A DNA stretch of 64,000 nucleotides from Candidatus Aenigmatarchaeota archaeon (GTDB taxonomy: Archaea; Aenigmatarchaeota; Aenigmatarchaeia; CG10238-14; SCSR01), in contig JAHLMT010000003.1 of NCBI GenBank assembly GCA_018920185.1, forward strand, positions 2,055 to 66,054. The letters are read 5' to 3'. A model generated the notes under the pieces. That model made no database searches. It saw only the letters and a program-made list of their open reading frames with translations, and had not been told where the DNA came from. Positions 18,689 through 28,568 of this stretch are shown here, in pieces (within the stretch, counting starts at the first letter, position 1; every line of letters starts with the position of its first letter). A program made the position numbers and the translations under genes.

Positions 18689-20074
18689 TTATCTTTTAGA
18701 CAGAAGGTTTTTAAACAATCTACTATAGTTGCTTGACATTCTTCCAAGAGAATATTTCTCTATTACAAGTCTTCTTGCCTGTTCAACTTTTTCTTTTTGA
18801 TATCCGTAGTTAGATAATACATAATGTAAAGTTGCTGCAAGTTCATCTGCTCCCCCACGATATCCCATACAAATTCCTTCTTCTACAAAACAATGTAAAT
18901 TATCACAATCCCTAACGATTGTAATCGTCCCTATACTCGTGGCTTCTATTGGAACCAAGCCGAACGGTTCATTTTTAGAAGGATAAACACAGACATCTAA
19001 AGCCCTATAAACTGTATGAAGAGCAGGATCCTTTGGTGCTAGTTGAGTTAATGATATAAAAACTTTATTAGCAGATCTTCCAGCATTGCTCTTAATCTTA
19101 TTGTAAATTTCATTTGAGCCAGGACCTACAAAAACTAATGCAACATCCCGCATGCCATATTTTTGCGAAAGAATATCAAATGCTTTAGCTAACTCCAAAA
19201 CACCTTTATATTCTACAATTCTACCAATATATCCTATTAATCTTTTATTCGGAAAATATCTAGATCTCCATTCAAGAGAATTTCTATCGATAATATCTTT
19301 ATTTTGGTCATAAGTTAAATAGAAATCTGTACCATTTGGAATTACTACGCCTTTTTTAATAAATTCGGAAGGGAATCTTTTATTAGCTTCGTTCTGCATG
19401 AAATTAGAATTAAAAACTATTACATCAGAAAATGACATTATTTCTCTTTGGAGAGCTGTCATATACATTCCAATTCTCATCATCGAAATAAAATCTTTAT
19501 TTACACTACATTTAAGGGATAATCTATGAATTAAGTCTTTTATCCTATCATTTGCCTCTTCTTCTTTCAAGTGTAAAGAACACATTGGTAAAAATTTGCT
19601 TAAAAAGTCTTCTTCAACTTCTCTTGGTAATTCTGAAAAACCTAATAGTGTTCGAACTTTTGGTTCTCTAACAAAATCTAAAAAAGCAAGTGAATGTACT
19701 GTATAAACTACGGGGAAACCAGCTTCGTGTAAATCTCTTAATTTTCTTACGAAATCCTGATCAATTGAATATGTATTTATGTGTAACAATTGCGATTCTT
19801 CTGGTAGTTTTGATAGCAATTGGATAACATCTTTTTTAAACAATGGTTTTTCTTCTTCTCTTAATGCTACCATTTTTTTAACTTCTCTTTCTTGCGGATA
19901 TCCGTGTCTTACAGAAAAAATATAATCGTACCACATGCCATATAAGTCAAAAACAAATTCTGGATAAAGAGAAGCTTGTAAATCTCTTACTATAGTCTCT
20001 ACACCAGTTGGTATAATTTCTCCTCTTTCGTTAATCACAATCGGATATACAGAACCAATTGTAATCATATTCAC
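18689..20074 (-). CDS. GT-B fold glycosyltransferase (GT4-like)
   Basis: 461 aa. The C-terminal half has VCVYPSKNEPFGLVPIEA, the E-x7-E region typical of group 1 glycosyltransferases. Confidence 0.75.
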   Translation of the reverse strand: MNMITIGSVYPIVINERGEIIPTGVETIVRDLQASLYPEFVFDLYGMWYDYIFSVRHGYPQEREVKKMVALREEEKPLFKKDVIQLLSKLPEESQLLHINTYSIDQDFVRKLRDLHEAGFPVVYTVHSLAFLDFVREPKVRTLLGFSELPREVEEDFLSKFLPMCSLHLKEEEANDRIKDLIHRLSLKCSVNKDFISMMRIGMYMTALQREIMSFSDVIVFNSNFMQNEANKRFPSEFIKKGVVIPNGTDFYLTYDQNKDIIDRNSLEWRSRYFPNKRLIGYIGRIVEYKGVLELAKAFDILSQKYGMRDVALVFVGPGSNEIYNKIKSNAGRSANKVFISLTQLAPKDPALHTVYRALDVCVYPSKNEPFGLVPIEATSIGTITIVRDCDNLHCFVEEGICMGYRGGADELAATLHYVLSNYGYQKEKVEQARRLVIEKYSLGRMSSNYSRLFKNLLSKR

Positions 20075-20266
20075 TACCTTGAGATAGTGGGGATATTAAG
20101 TTTTAAATAGATTTTGGTCGCTGGTGACAACTATATTACTATCAACAAAGCTTTTTGAACCAATGGTATTGTTCCTTAAGTATACACTTCGCGCAACCTG
20201 CAAAGAAAATAATAACCTGTTAATTAACGACAATACTTTAAATTTGTTCCTAAAACTATTATTTCT

Positions 20267-21043
20267 ATGAGCGTTTCAGATTTCATAAGGCAGTATTATA
20301 TAGATCCGATAGTTTTTGGTGAAGGTTATAATTTCGTAAACACATTAACTTACGCTATTCTAGTTGTTATCGTGACCTGGCTGACATTCAAATTTTTAGA
20401 AAAAATGAAAGTTAAAATCGACAGAAATTTCGCCACTTCAATCTTGATATTGGCTGTATTCGGAACTATGGTAAGACTATTAGAAGAAGCTGGTATATCA
20501 TCTTCTTTCCTTTTGGTCACACCGATGATTTGGATAGAGACTTTTGCATTTATTTTTGCCTTATTTCTAGTTTCAAAATTTATAGAAAAGAAATTTAAAA
20601 TTCCTTACCACAAGACGCTATCAGCTACAGGATTATTTCTAATGGTTATCCCGCTAACCTTGGTTTTAAGCAGATTAAACCAATTCACAGGAATGCTGAT
20701 TTCATTAGCATTGTTAGTACCGTTTGCAATAGGTTTTTATCTCATCAAATGGAGGATAGAAAACAAGCTTGTTAGTATGGCTCACATATTTGACGCTACT
20801 GCAACATTCACCGCAGTTCAATTTTTCGGGTTTACCGAATTGCATGTTGTTCCTAGACTTCTGATAGGGACATTTAATCCTGTAGTCTTCATCGTAGTAA
20901 AAATTCTGGTTGTTGTTGGGTCATTGGTTTTAATTGACAAATATTCTGATGATAAAAGATTCAATAACTTTCTTAAACTGATAATAGCCATTATAGGATT
21001 GGCACCGGCTATAAGAGATTTCTTCCTTTTGGGTCTCAGCTAA
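20267..21043 (+). CDS. polytopic membrane protein (possibly archaeal DUF63 family)
   Basis: 258 aa with ~7 TM. The N-terminus YYIDPIVFGEGYNFVNTLTYAI resembles what I recall of DUF63 proteins; unverified. Confidence 0.4.
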   Translation: MSVSDFIRQYYIDPIVFGEGYNFVNTLTYAILVVIVTWLTFKFLEKMKVKIDRNFATSILILAVFGTMVRLLEEAGISSSFLLVTPMIWIETFAFIFALFLVSKFIEKKFKIPYHKTLSATGLFLMVIPLTLVLSRLNQFTGMLISLALLVPFAIGFYLIKWRIENKLVSMAHIFDATATFTAVQFFGFTELHVVPRLLIGTFNPVVFIVVKILVVVGSLVLIDKYSDDKRFNNFLKLIIAIIGLAPAIRDFFLLGLS

Positions 21044-22172
21044 AGTATACAACAAGAAATACATCATCTAGAGTTAAAGAAGCTTCTTTTTCGAAAGAGA
21101 ATGAAATTTTGTTTTGGTTGCTGAGTGATAGTTTGTTGCCGAAGGTGTCTCTGTCTATTGTTTGATTAAACGCCAACAAAGGAGGTCTGTCAGCAAAAAC
21201 TAATTGGTTGTTGATTTTGATAAAAAGTTCCTGCATAGGTGTTGAATATTCTTTAACTCTTGCCTGAAGGACAAAGTGATGGAAGTTTTGGATTTCATTC
21301 GGCATTAGTTCGAACTCTTTCTCCCTTTCGGATATATCTCTGAAGTTTATCACAAGATTCAGCTTTTCTATCTTGTAGAAAGCCTTAGACCAAAACTGGA
21401 AAACTGAAGGTCCTGTTGTTCTGACGCTTATTATGTTTGTAGTGTTTAATAAAGATTTGTCAAGTGGGATGACAACTTTTCCTACATCTGTTTTCTTGTT
21501 ATAAAGTTCTTGTCCGTTGAATTCGACTATCAAATTGCCTCTTTTGTTCGTGTCCACAATGAAAAGTTCAAGATGTGCACCAGTTAGTATTGCTAGTTTT
21601 TCTGCAGGAAAAACTACAGAGAAGGCTTCCTTAGATTCTGAAAATACGCCTTTTGTTATTTCGAGATTTTCTTTAGAAGCCAATGTCTCAGAACCTTTCA
21701 CATACTTTACCTCAACATCACCTATGGAAATTACTCTGGATTCTAACGGAACTATTGATACATTTGACACAGTTATTGATAGAGAAAGAGTTGAACTGCC
21801 TCCTGTACTCTCGGCTTTAATCCCACCAGTATAAGTTCTCAGGACAGCAGTTGTTGGCACTTGGATTTTTACCCTCACTGTGGTCATATTTTCGACGTCA
21901 AATTTATTCTTGTCAAAAGTTATCCAATCTTTTATCTCCCCGAAACTACTTAAAGTTAAATTAGATATCTTTCCTCCGTCTGCGCTTCTTACTGTAATAG
22001 CAAATGAATGTGTATCGCCTTTTGCAAGAGTTAATGATAGGGATTTTGGTTCTATGACAGGCGCTGAAGTCGTAGCTGTAAAAATTATTGTCATTATTAG
22101 TACAAAACCGACAGCTGCAAGAATTATCCACGCGAATTCGTCAAATATTTTCTGTTGACCTTTTTGTGACAT
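21036..22172 (-). CDS. N-terminally anchored extracellular beta-rich protein
   Basis: 378 aa with a single TM (WIILAAVGFVLIMTIIF), then a beta-strand-like alternating pattern. No family recognised. Confidence 0.5.
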   Translation of the reverse strand: MSQKGQQKIFDEFAWIILAAVGFVLIMTIIFTATTSAPVIEPKSLSLTLAKGDTHSFAITVRSADGGKISNLTLSSFGEIKDWITFDKNKFDVENMTTVRVKIQVPTTAVLRTYTGGIKAESTGGSSTLSLSITVSNVSIVPLESRVISIGDVEVKYVKGSETLASKENLEITKGVFSESKEAFSVVFPAEKLAILTGAHLELFIVDTNKRGNLIVEFNGQELYNKKTDVGKVVIPLDKSLLNTTNIISVRTTGPSVFQFWSKAFYKIEKLNLVINFRDISEREKEFELMPNEIQNFHHFVLQARVKEYSTPMQELFIKINNQLVFADRPPLLAFNQTIDRDTFGNKLSLSNQNKISFSFEKEASLTLDDVFLVVYFS

Positions 22173-22209
22173 ATATTCTATTTTTTATTTGGAAAGCAAA
22201 CAATAAAAA

Positions 22210-22407
22210 TCACATACGCTCCGATTGTTTTTTTAGTTTAGTTATATAACCAGCGATGACATTAGTCAGCTTGTGGGAAGTCAATTCAAAGTTTTCTTTA
22301 AGAAATTGCTTGTTCTTGTGAAAATCTGTAGTGAACTTATCTTTGTATTTTTCGAAGAGCTCTCGGCTGATATTTTTAACATAGGAAGTTTTAATTCGTC
22401 CCATCAC
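22210..22407 (-). CDS. rps17e: ribosomal protein eS17
   Basis: 65 aa. MGRIKTSYVKNISRELFEKYKDKFTTDFHKNK matches the archaeal S17e N-terminus. Confidence 0.85.
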   Translation of the reverse strand: MMGRIKTSYVKNISRELFEKYKDKFTTDFHKNKQFLKENFELTSHKLTNVIAGYITKLKKQSERM

Positions 22408-22413
22408 ACCAGC

Positions 22414-22983
22414 TCAAGGCGTTAGCCGAGAAATTTCATAATATGTTACATCGTTCTCTCGATCGACTACAGCCCACCACATAGTCGCCCGAATATTATG
22501 TGCTAATCTCACCGCTCTAGATAATTCAGGTAAAGAAAATGCAGATTCTTCTGCAACAGCATGAACAACAGCTTTTGTGTGTTCATGTGGAGCTTTTGGA
22601 CCTCGTTTGAGCTTAACTCCACGTTCGTATAATCGAAAGTGTGCACCGAATTTATAACCGGTTTTGACTAAATAACCTCTTTCCCTCAAATCTCTAAAAA
22701 CTATGTATTGTGGGTGAAACTCGTTTACCCTTTCACTACCTATTTTCATCAACTCTTCAAAAGTTAGTTTTTTGCTTTTCCCCTCTTCTTTGACAATAAC
22801 TCTTAATTTTCCTTTTTCAACTAAATAAGCTGCCTCAACCAGATCTAATTCAAGCCTGTTAGGTTCTTCTTCTGGCAGTGGTTTACCGTAACCAGATTCG
22901 TCATAAAGAGTAATACTATCCTTATCCCAAATTATTACACGTTCTTCTATCAGTTCGCCTTCCCATATTTTTTCAATTGTCAT
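22414..22983 (-). CDS. endA: tRNA-splicing endonuclease
   Basis: 189 aa. The catalytic domain pattern YLVKTGYKFGAHFRLYERG....HEHTKAVVHAV is present. The size fits a single-subunit (alpha4-like) enzyme. Confidence 0.85.
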   Translation of the reverse strand: MTIEKIWEGELIEERVIIWDKDSITLYDESGYGKPLPEEEPNRLELDLVEAAYLVEKGKLRVIVKEEGKSKKLTFEELMKIGSERVNEFHPQYIVFRDLRERGYLVKTGYKFGAHFRLYERGVKLKRGPKAPHEHTKAVVHAVAEESAFSLPELSRAVRLAHNIRATMWWAVVDRENDVTYYEISRLTP

Positions 22984-23019
22984 AGTATCAAGTATTGTTA
23001 TGCAATTTTAAAAAATTAG

Positions 23020-23131
23020 TGGGACAGGAGAGATTTGAACTCTCGACACACCGATGAAGAAATTTGATTTTTCTCTTCAGGCGGTTGCTCTCCCGGGCTG
23101 AGCATACAGTAACCTCAGTTATTACTGTCCC
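23020..23131 (-). tRNA. tRNA-Phe (GAA) with two insertions (putative introns)
   Basis: On the minus strand: GGGACAG-TA-[19 nt]-GCTC-AGCCCGGGA-GAGC-A-ACCGC-CTGAAG-[19 nt]-A-TCGGT-GTGTC-GAGAG-TTCAAAT-CTCTC-CTGTCCC-A. It is 112 nt long, or 74 nt after removing 23104-23122 and 23056-23074. There is one C31:U39 mismatch. Confidence 0.65.
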
Positions 23132-23174
23132 AGCCGTCTGTCCCTTCATTAAAAATTTTATCTTTAATTTAAAT

Positions 23175-23864
23175 CTATTTCTTTCTATTTAACCTGTATT
23201 TTAACCCTTCTCTTAGGATATACAACAAAATACCGAGAACTATTCTAATGCCGCGAATAATCTCACTTTTTTTATGGTAATTAACTCTTACAGGCACCTG
23301 ATCTATTTTAAGGTTATTTTTAATCGCGCCGATTAGGATTGAATTATCAACTATATAACCACCGAGGATGTGATCTTTTATTTTTTCAACAGCATTTCGA
23401 CTAAATCCTATCAAACCGCAATTAGTATCTTTCAATTTTGTGTTGAAAAGTATGTTAAATGTTTTCTGCCATACGAAATTGCCAAGTCTATGTCTAAAAG
23501 GAACTTTTCTCCAATCTCTATATCCTATAGCAATGTCTGAATTATTGTTTTCTAGTGATTTGAAAATAGCTAAACTCTCTTCCGGGTGGTATTGCATATC
23601 AGCGTCTATCACTACAAGATGCGTAAAATCTGGATGATTTCTAAGGAGATAGTCAATTCCTGTTTTAATAGCTTCGCCTTTTCCTTTATTTGTTTCATGT
23701 CTTATAGCAATTGCACCATTATTCTTGCATATGTTAAAAGTGTTATCTGTAGAGCCGTCATCAATAATAATAGGTTTAATACCAAGCTTGTTTACTTCTT
23801 TAATCACATCTCCTATGTTCTTTTCCTCATTGTAAGCTGGGATTATACAAAATTTGTTACTCAT
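23175..23864 (-). CDS. GT2 glycosyltransferase (dolichyl-phosphate sugar synthase-like)
   Basis: 229 aa with IIPAYNEEKNI, IIDDGSTDNT, VVIDADMQYHPEE and a C-terminal TM helix. Confidence 0.8.
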   Translation of the reverse strand: MSNKFCIIPAYNEEKNIGDVIKEVNKLGIKPIIIDDGSTDNTFNICKNNGAIAIRHETNKGKGEAIKTGIDYLLRNHPDFTHLVVIDADMQYHPEESLAIFKSLENNNSDIAIGYRDWRKVPFRHRLGNFVWQKTFNILFNTKLKDTNCGLIGFSRNAVEKIKDHILGGYIVDNSILIGAIKNNLKIDQVPVRVNYHKKSEIIRGIRIVLGILLYILREGLKYRLNRKK

Positions 23865-24001
23865 AACCTTTCAACAGTTTATTAGCTTTTTATTCTTATT
23901 GCAATAGTTCAATCGATTTTTATACATTTTCCCATTAATACCATGAATGTGTAAATAAAGATATTTAAATGCAATTTCGAATTCTATTTGAATGATGGAA
24001 G

Positions 24002-24310
24002 ATGGTTAAAGAAGAGAAACTAACTCAAGAGGAAATTGAGATATCCAGAATTAGAATACCTCGTAATAATGAAGTTTTAGGTACAGTTGAGATGATGTTG
24101 GGCGGGGATAAATTAAGTGTTAAATGCAATGATGGAAATACAAGAATTTGTCGTATACCGGGAAGGTTGAGGAAAAAAGTTTGGATAAGAGTTGGTGATC
24201 TTGTTTTAGTTGAGCCTTGGATCACACAATCTAATGAAAGGGGCGACGTTGTTTTCAAATACACACCAACTCAAGCTAACTGGCTTAAAAGAAAGAATCT
24301 TATAAAATAA
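24002..24310 (+). CDS. eif1a: translation initiation factor aIF-1A
   Basis: 102 aa. The S1-like core EVLGTVEMMLGGDKLSVKCNDGNTRICRIPGRLRKKVWIRVGDLVLVEPW is characteristic. Confidence 0.9.
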   Translation: MVKEEKLTQEEIEISRIRIPRNNEVLGTVEMMLGGDKLSVKCNDGNTRICRIPGRLRKKVWIRVGDLVLVEPWITQSNERGDVVFKYTPTQANWLKRKNLIK

Positions 24311-24344
24311 GCTTTTTAAGGTAAGAAAACTAAATTAAATTAAA

Positions 24345-24530
24345 ATGATGTTTAAAAATTTACTTAGGGCATTTCTTGATGGTGTGATAGCCGGGATATT
24401 ATATAATTTTCTTGGTGGGTTTATAGCTGGATTTTTACCACCGTTGCCACTCGGCTTATCTGGTGCTGTGATTTTGGGTATTTTTGTTTTAATAGTTGAT
24501 TACATTCTACAAAATTTTGCGAGACTTTAA
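24345..24530 (+). CDS. small membrane protein (2 TM)
   Basis: 61-aa hydrophobic, Gly-rich ORF. No family recognised. Confidence 0.4.
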   Translation: MMFKNLLRAFLDGVIAGILYNFLGGFIAGFLPPLPLGLSGAVILGIFVLIVDYILQNFARL

Positions 24531-24556
24531 AATCATTTTCTAAACAAATAATTAAT

Positions 24557-25051
24557 GTGATAGATCACATTTCAATACCAGAAGAAAGAATAAATCTGCT
24601 AAAAAGAACGAAAGGATGGGAAGAGCAGTTAAAAGATTTTCTAGACGTGAAAGTTTCCATCGGGGAGGATATAACTATTGAAGGTGAGGCTCTTCAAGTT
24701 ATCAGAGCAAAAGAAATATTGAAAGCTTTCGGCAGAGGGTTTAGCTTCAAGGACAGTCTTGATTTATTGGATGAAGAGTGTTTTTTAGAGATTATAGATG
24801 TGAGTGAATTCACAGGGAAATCAAGAAACAGGCAAGTGGTATTAAAAGGTAGGGTAATTGGTGAAGAAGGAAGAACAAAAAAGATGATAGAGAAATGTGC
24901 GAATGTCAAGATTGTTATTTACGGTAAAACTGTTTCGATAATAGGAAAACCCCAAAATATTAAAATTGCTAGGAATGCAGTTGAGATGATTTTATCTGGA
25001 AGTAAGCATAATAGTGTTTACAGATTTTTGCAGGAGAATAAAGTGATGTGA
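24557..25051 (+). CDS. KH-domain RNA-binding protein (Dim2/Pno1-like)
   Basis: 164 aa with a GTG start. VIGEEGRTKKMIE (GxxG KH loop) is present. Its position downstream of aIF-1A matches the conserved archaeal eIF1A/KH neighbourhood. Confidence 0.7.
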   Translation: MIDHISIPEERINLLKRTKGWEEQLKDFLDVKVSIGEDITIEGEALQVIRAKEILKAFGRGFSFKDSLDLLDEECFLEIIDVSEFTGKSRNRQVVLKGRVIGEEGRTKKMIEKCANVKIVIYGKTVSIIGKPQNIKIARNAVEMILSGSKHNSVYRFLQENKVM

Positions 25052-26655
25052 TGACTGAACAGACTGTTATTGCAGAGGAACTTGCTAAACAATTAAGAGC
25101 TGTAAGTGTAGCTGAATTTTTTGAGAAGAATAGACATTTACTTGGTTATGAAAATCCTACAAAGGCATTAATAACTATAGTGAAGGAATTCACTGATAAC
25201 GCGCTTGATGCCGCGGAAGAAGCAAGAATTTTACCAGATATTAAAGTTGTCGTTAAAGAAGTAGCACCTGATAGGTTTAAAGTAAGAGTTGAGGATAATG
25301 GCCCTGGTATAGTTGAAGAAAAACTGCCATTAGCATTCGGTAAACTTTTATATGGTTCTAAATTCCACCGACTTAAAATGAGCAGAGGAACTCAAGGTCT
25401 TGGTGCATCAGGCGGGATATTGTATGCGCAACTAACTACTGGGAGACCTGCGAAAATCATATCAAGCACGGGAAAGGAAATTCACGAAATTGAACTGATG
25501 ATCGATGTTAGCAAGAACGAGCCAAAGATTATATCACATAAAGAGGAAAAGAATCCCAACAAATGGCATGGAATAAAAATTGAAGTGGAAGCTGAAGGGA
25601 GGTATATAGAAGGAAAACAATCGATTCTTGAATATCTGAAACAAACTGCTATGTCAAACCCTTATGCTAAAATTGTTTATGATGGACCAAATGGTAAGGT
25701 TGAGTTTGAGAGAGCTGTGAAAGAATTGCCACCATTGCCTAAAGAAATAAAACCTCACCCCTATGGTGTTGAGATTGGATTGTTAAGAAGAATGTTAGAA
25801 ATAACAAACGCGAGAAATTTAATCGGATTTTTAACAGGAGATTTTTCACGTGTAGGAAGAAGTAGTGCACTACAAATTTGTAAATTAGCTAAGTTGGACT
25901 GTAACAAGAAACCAAACGAATTAACACATGGGGAAATAGAGTTATTGCACAAAGCCATGCAAATGGTAAAATTAATCGGGCCACCAACCGATTGTTTATC
26001 GCCTTTAGGTGAGAAACTTTTGGAAGAAGGATTGAAAAAAGAAACCAAGGCTGAATTTGTTGTTGCAGTAACAAGATCTCCCACCGTTTATCGAGGAAAC
26101 CCCTTTTTGGTTGAAGTATGTTTAGGGTTTGGGGGAGAATTACCACAAGACCAGACGGCACAATTGTTTAGATTTGCGAATAAAGTTCCACTGTTATATC
26201 ATGCGGGCGATTGTGCAACTACAGAAGCAGTAATAGAAACCGATTGGCGACGTTACGGATTTAGTCAGTCATCCGGACAACTACCACAAGGGCAGCTAGC
26301 TATACTTATTCATTTTGCATCTGTATGGGTACCTTATACATCAGAAGGTAAGCAAGCAATCGCCAGCTATCCGGAAATAGTTAAAGAAATAAAGCTTGCT
26401 TTACAAGAAGCTGGGAGAAAACTTGCAACTTATGTAAGACATAAGAATATAGAAAGAGAGAGAGCTTTAAGACAGAATTTATTCGAGAGATATTTGCCAG
26501 AGGTATCTGCAGCATTATCTGAAATATCGGAAACTCCGAGAAACTCTATAGAAATCAATTTGAAAAAAATATTGAATAAAGGTAAGGTTATAGAAAGTGT
26601 AAAAGAAGAGGGAATTGAAGATGGTGAAGAAAACAGAAATGAATCCGAAGAGTAA
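25048..26655 (+). CDS. top6B: DNA topoisomerase VI subunit B
   Basis: 535 aa with SVAEFFEKNRHLLGY, the Bergerat ATPase motifs EFTDNALDA and DNGPGI, and SRGTQGLGAS. Confidence 0.92.
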   Translation: MMTEQTVIAEELAKQLRAVSVAEFFEKNRHLLGYENPTKALITIVKEFTDNALDAAEEARILPDIKVVVKEVAPDRFKVRVEDNGPGIVEEKLPLAFGKLLYGSKFHRLKMSRGTQGLGASGGILYAQLTTGRPAKIISSTGKEIHEIELMIDVSKNEPKIISHKEEKNPNKWHGIKIEVEAEGRYIEGKQSILEYLKQTAMSNPYAKIVYDGPNGKVEFERAVKELPPLPKEIKPHPYGVEIGLLRRMLEITNARNLIGFLTGDFSRVGRSSALQICKLAKLDCNKKPNELTHGEIELLHKAMQMVKLIGPPTDCLSPLGEKLLEEGLKKETKAEFVVAVTRSPTVYRGNPFLVEVCLGFGGELPQDQTAQLFRFANKVPLLYHAGDCATTEAVIETDWRRYGFSQSSGQLPQGQLAILIHFASVWVPYTSEGKQAIASYPEIVKEIKLALQEAGRKLATYVRHKNIERERALRQNLFERYLPEVSAALSEISETPRNSIEINLKKILNKGKVIESVKEEGIEDGEENRNESEE

Positions 26656-27724
26656 ATTGAGAGAAATTGGATTGAATTTGGTAAATTATATTAAAAAGGG
26701 GGAGAATCCATTTTTGGATATACCTATTCGTGCCCTATCAAATGTAATTTTTGATCCTCACACAAATCTGATAAAAATGGGTGATAAAACTGCAAAGAGA
26801 TACCTATTCAATGTAGCGCATATAAGAAAATTTGTTCAAACAATTGACGCAGCTGCGATTTCTAAAAGATTATTGGAAGAAAATAAACACGTATCACTTA
26901 GGCAGGTATATTATATGATGAAAGGTACTTTGTCTGGTTCCGGAGTCGAAGTTGTGAGCGATGGTGACGAGGGTCAGACCGAATCGAATAAAGCTGTTGA
27001 AGATTTGGAATTGATAACTGGTCTGACAAGAGAACAACTAAATATAAATGCGAAAAAATTGGGCTCAGTTGCTGGAAAGGTTATTATCGAGGATGGAGGG
27101 GATACTATTGATTGGTCTAAACAAGGAAGTGGAGGTTGGTCAGTACCTTCAAATGTAGAGAATATAAAATTCAAGAAAGTTAATGCAAAGTTTGTATTGT
27201 ATATGGAAAAGGATGCGATTTGGGAGAGATTGAATGAAGATAAAGTTTGGAATAAACTTGATTGTGTTATAATCGCTTCGCAAGGACAAGCAACAAGAGG
27301 TATTAGAAGGCTTTTACAGAGGATGAGCGATGAGTTGAGACTGCCTATTTATGTTCTTGCGGATTTTGATCCTTGGGGCTTCTACATTTACTCTGTACTG
27401 AAATTCGGTTCAATTGCATTGTCGCATATTTCTGATAGATTGGCTATACCAAAAGCGCATTACTTAGGGTTAACTGCGGATGATGTAGAGAAATATGAAT
27501 TGACTAAGTATGTGATAAAATTCAAAGATGTTGATATAAAAAGGTTGAAAGAGGTCTCAGAATATGAGTGGTTTAAGAATAGAAAAGAGTGGCAAAGACA
27601 ATTTCAGTTGATGAATAAAATTAAAGGAAAGGTAGAACTTGATGCGTTGGTGACTAAAGGTGTAAGTTTTATTTCTGAGAAATATATACCAGAGAAAATT
27701 AAAAGTGTGGATGTTCTAAATTAA
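26615..27724 (+). CDS. top6A: DNA topoisomerase VI subunit A (Spo11 family)
   Basis: 369 aa with LRQVYYM (catalytic Tyr region), YMEKDAIWERL and the Toprim motif YVLADFDPWG. The start overlaps top6B; alternative ATGs lie at 26621 and 26636. Confidence 0.92.
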   Translation: MKMVKKTEMNPKSKLREIGLNLVNYIKKGENPFLDIPIRALSNVIFDPHTNLIKMGDKTAKRYLFNVAHIRKFVQTIDAAAISKRLLEENKHVSLRQVYYMMKGTLSGSGVEVVSDGDEGQTESNKAVEDLELITGLTREQLNINAKKLGSVAGKVIIEDGGDTIDWSKQGSGGWSVPSNVENIKFKKVNAKFVLYMEKDAIWERLNEDKVWNKLDCVIIASQGQATRGIRRLLQRMSDELRLPIYVLADFDPWGFYIYSVLKFGSIALSHISDRLAIPKAHYLGLTADDVEKYELTKYVIKFKDVDIKRLKEVSEYEWFKNRKEWQRQFQLMNKIKGKVELDALVTKGVSFISEKYIPEKIKSVDVLN

Positions 27725-27729
27725 ATGGT

Positions 27730-27802
<73 letters not shown>

Positions 27803-27911
27803 CTTTTTCTTTAAAAGAAAATTTCCTTGGATATACAAAGTCCTAACCTTATTTTGGCCTTAATAATTGGTTAGACACAGCCTATATAGTTACTTTGATA
27901 ATATAGATCTG

Positions 27912-28544
27912 ATGAAGTTGAATAAATTTTCAAAAGTAATTTTTGTTTTGTCGATACTAAAAGGTATTTTTGTGGTGTCTTTAATTCTGTCTTTATTTTT
28001 ATGGAGTGTTCCTATACTTTCTTTTAATTCTGACATCTGGCTAATCTTTCAAGAAAGAAGTGGTGTGATTTTAGATTTTGAAAATGCCAGAAATTACAAC
28101 GAGTTGATAGTGGAATTTTTCAAAACTGGTTTGAATTTGGAGTTTCTTAATGAAAAAGAATTAAGCCACATGAAAGACGTCAAGACAGTTATAACAATAG
28201 CAAATGTTTTATTCATTTTTTCTTTTATTTCTTTAATTTCAGGATTTTCATACTTTTCAAAATCTCAGAGAAAATTTTTGTTAAAGGCTTTGAGAAAAAC
28301 ATCACTTTTCGTTTTTGTAATAACTCTGATTTTTTCTGTAATAATACTAACAAATTTCCATTCTTCATTTATGATATTTCACAAAATAATTTTTATCAGA
28401 AATTTTGTCTTTCCTGCAGATAGTTTGTTAAAGATACTTTATCCAGATGAATTTTTCTACGGATTAAGTGCACTTTATTTGTTGTCGGTGTTAATTGTTA
28501 GTTTTATAGTTGCTGTAATCTCACATAGATTAAAGCTTAAGTAA
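27912..28544 (+). CDS. integral membrane protein (possibly DUF1461/TIGR01906-like)
   Basis: The track ORF starts at 27867 on a non-ATG codon; the ATG at 27912 gives MKLNKFSKVIFVLSIL. It has four hydrophobic helices. EKELSHMKDVK resembles a motif I associate with that family; this is a weak call. Confidence 0.35.
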   Translation: MKLNKFSKVIFVLSILKGIFVVSLILSLFLWSVPILSFNSDIWLIFQERSGVILDFENARNYNELIVEFFKTGLNLEFLNEKELSHMKDVKTVITIANVLFIFSFISLISGFSYFSKSQRKFLLKALRKTSLFVFVITLIFSVIILTNFHSSFMIFHKIIFIRNFVFPADSLLKILYPDEFFYGLSALYLLSVLIVSFIVAVISHRLKLK

Positions 28545-28568
28545 GTTAATTTTTATTTTTAACAAAAG

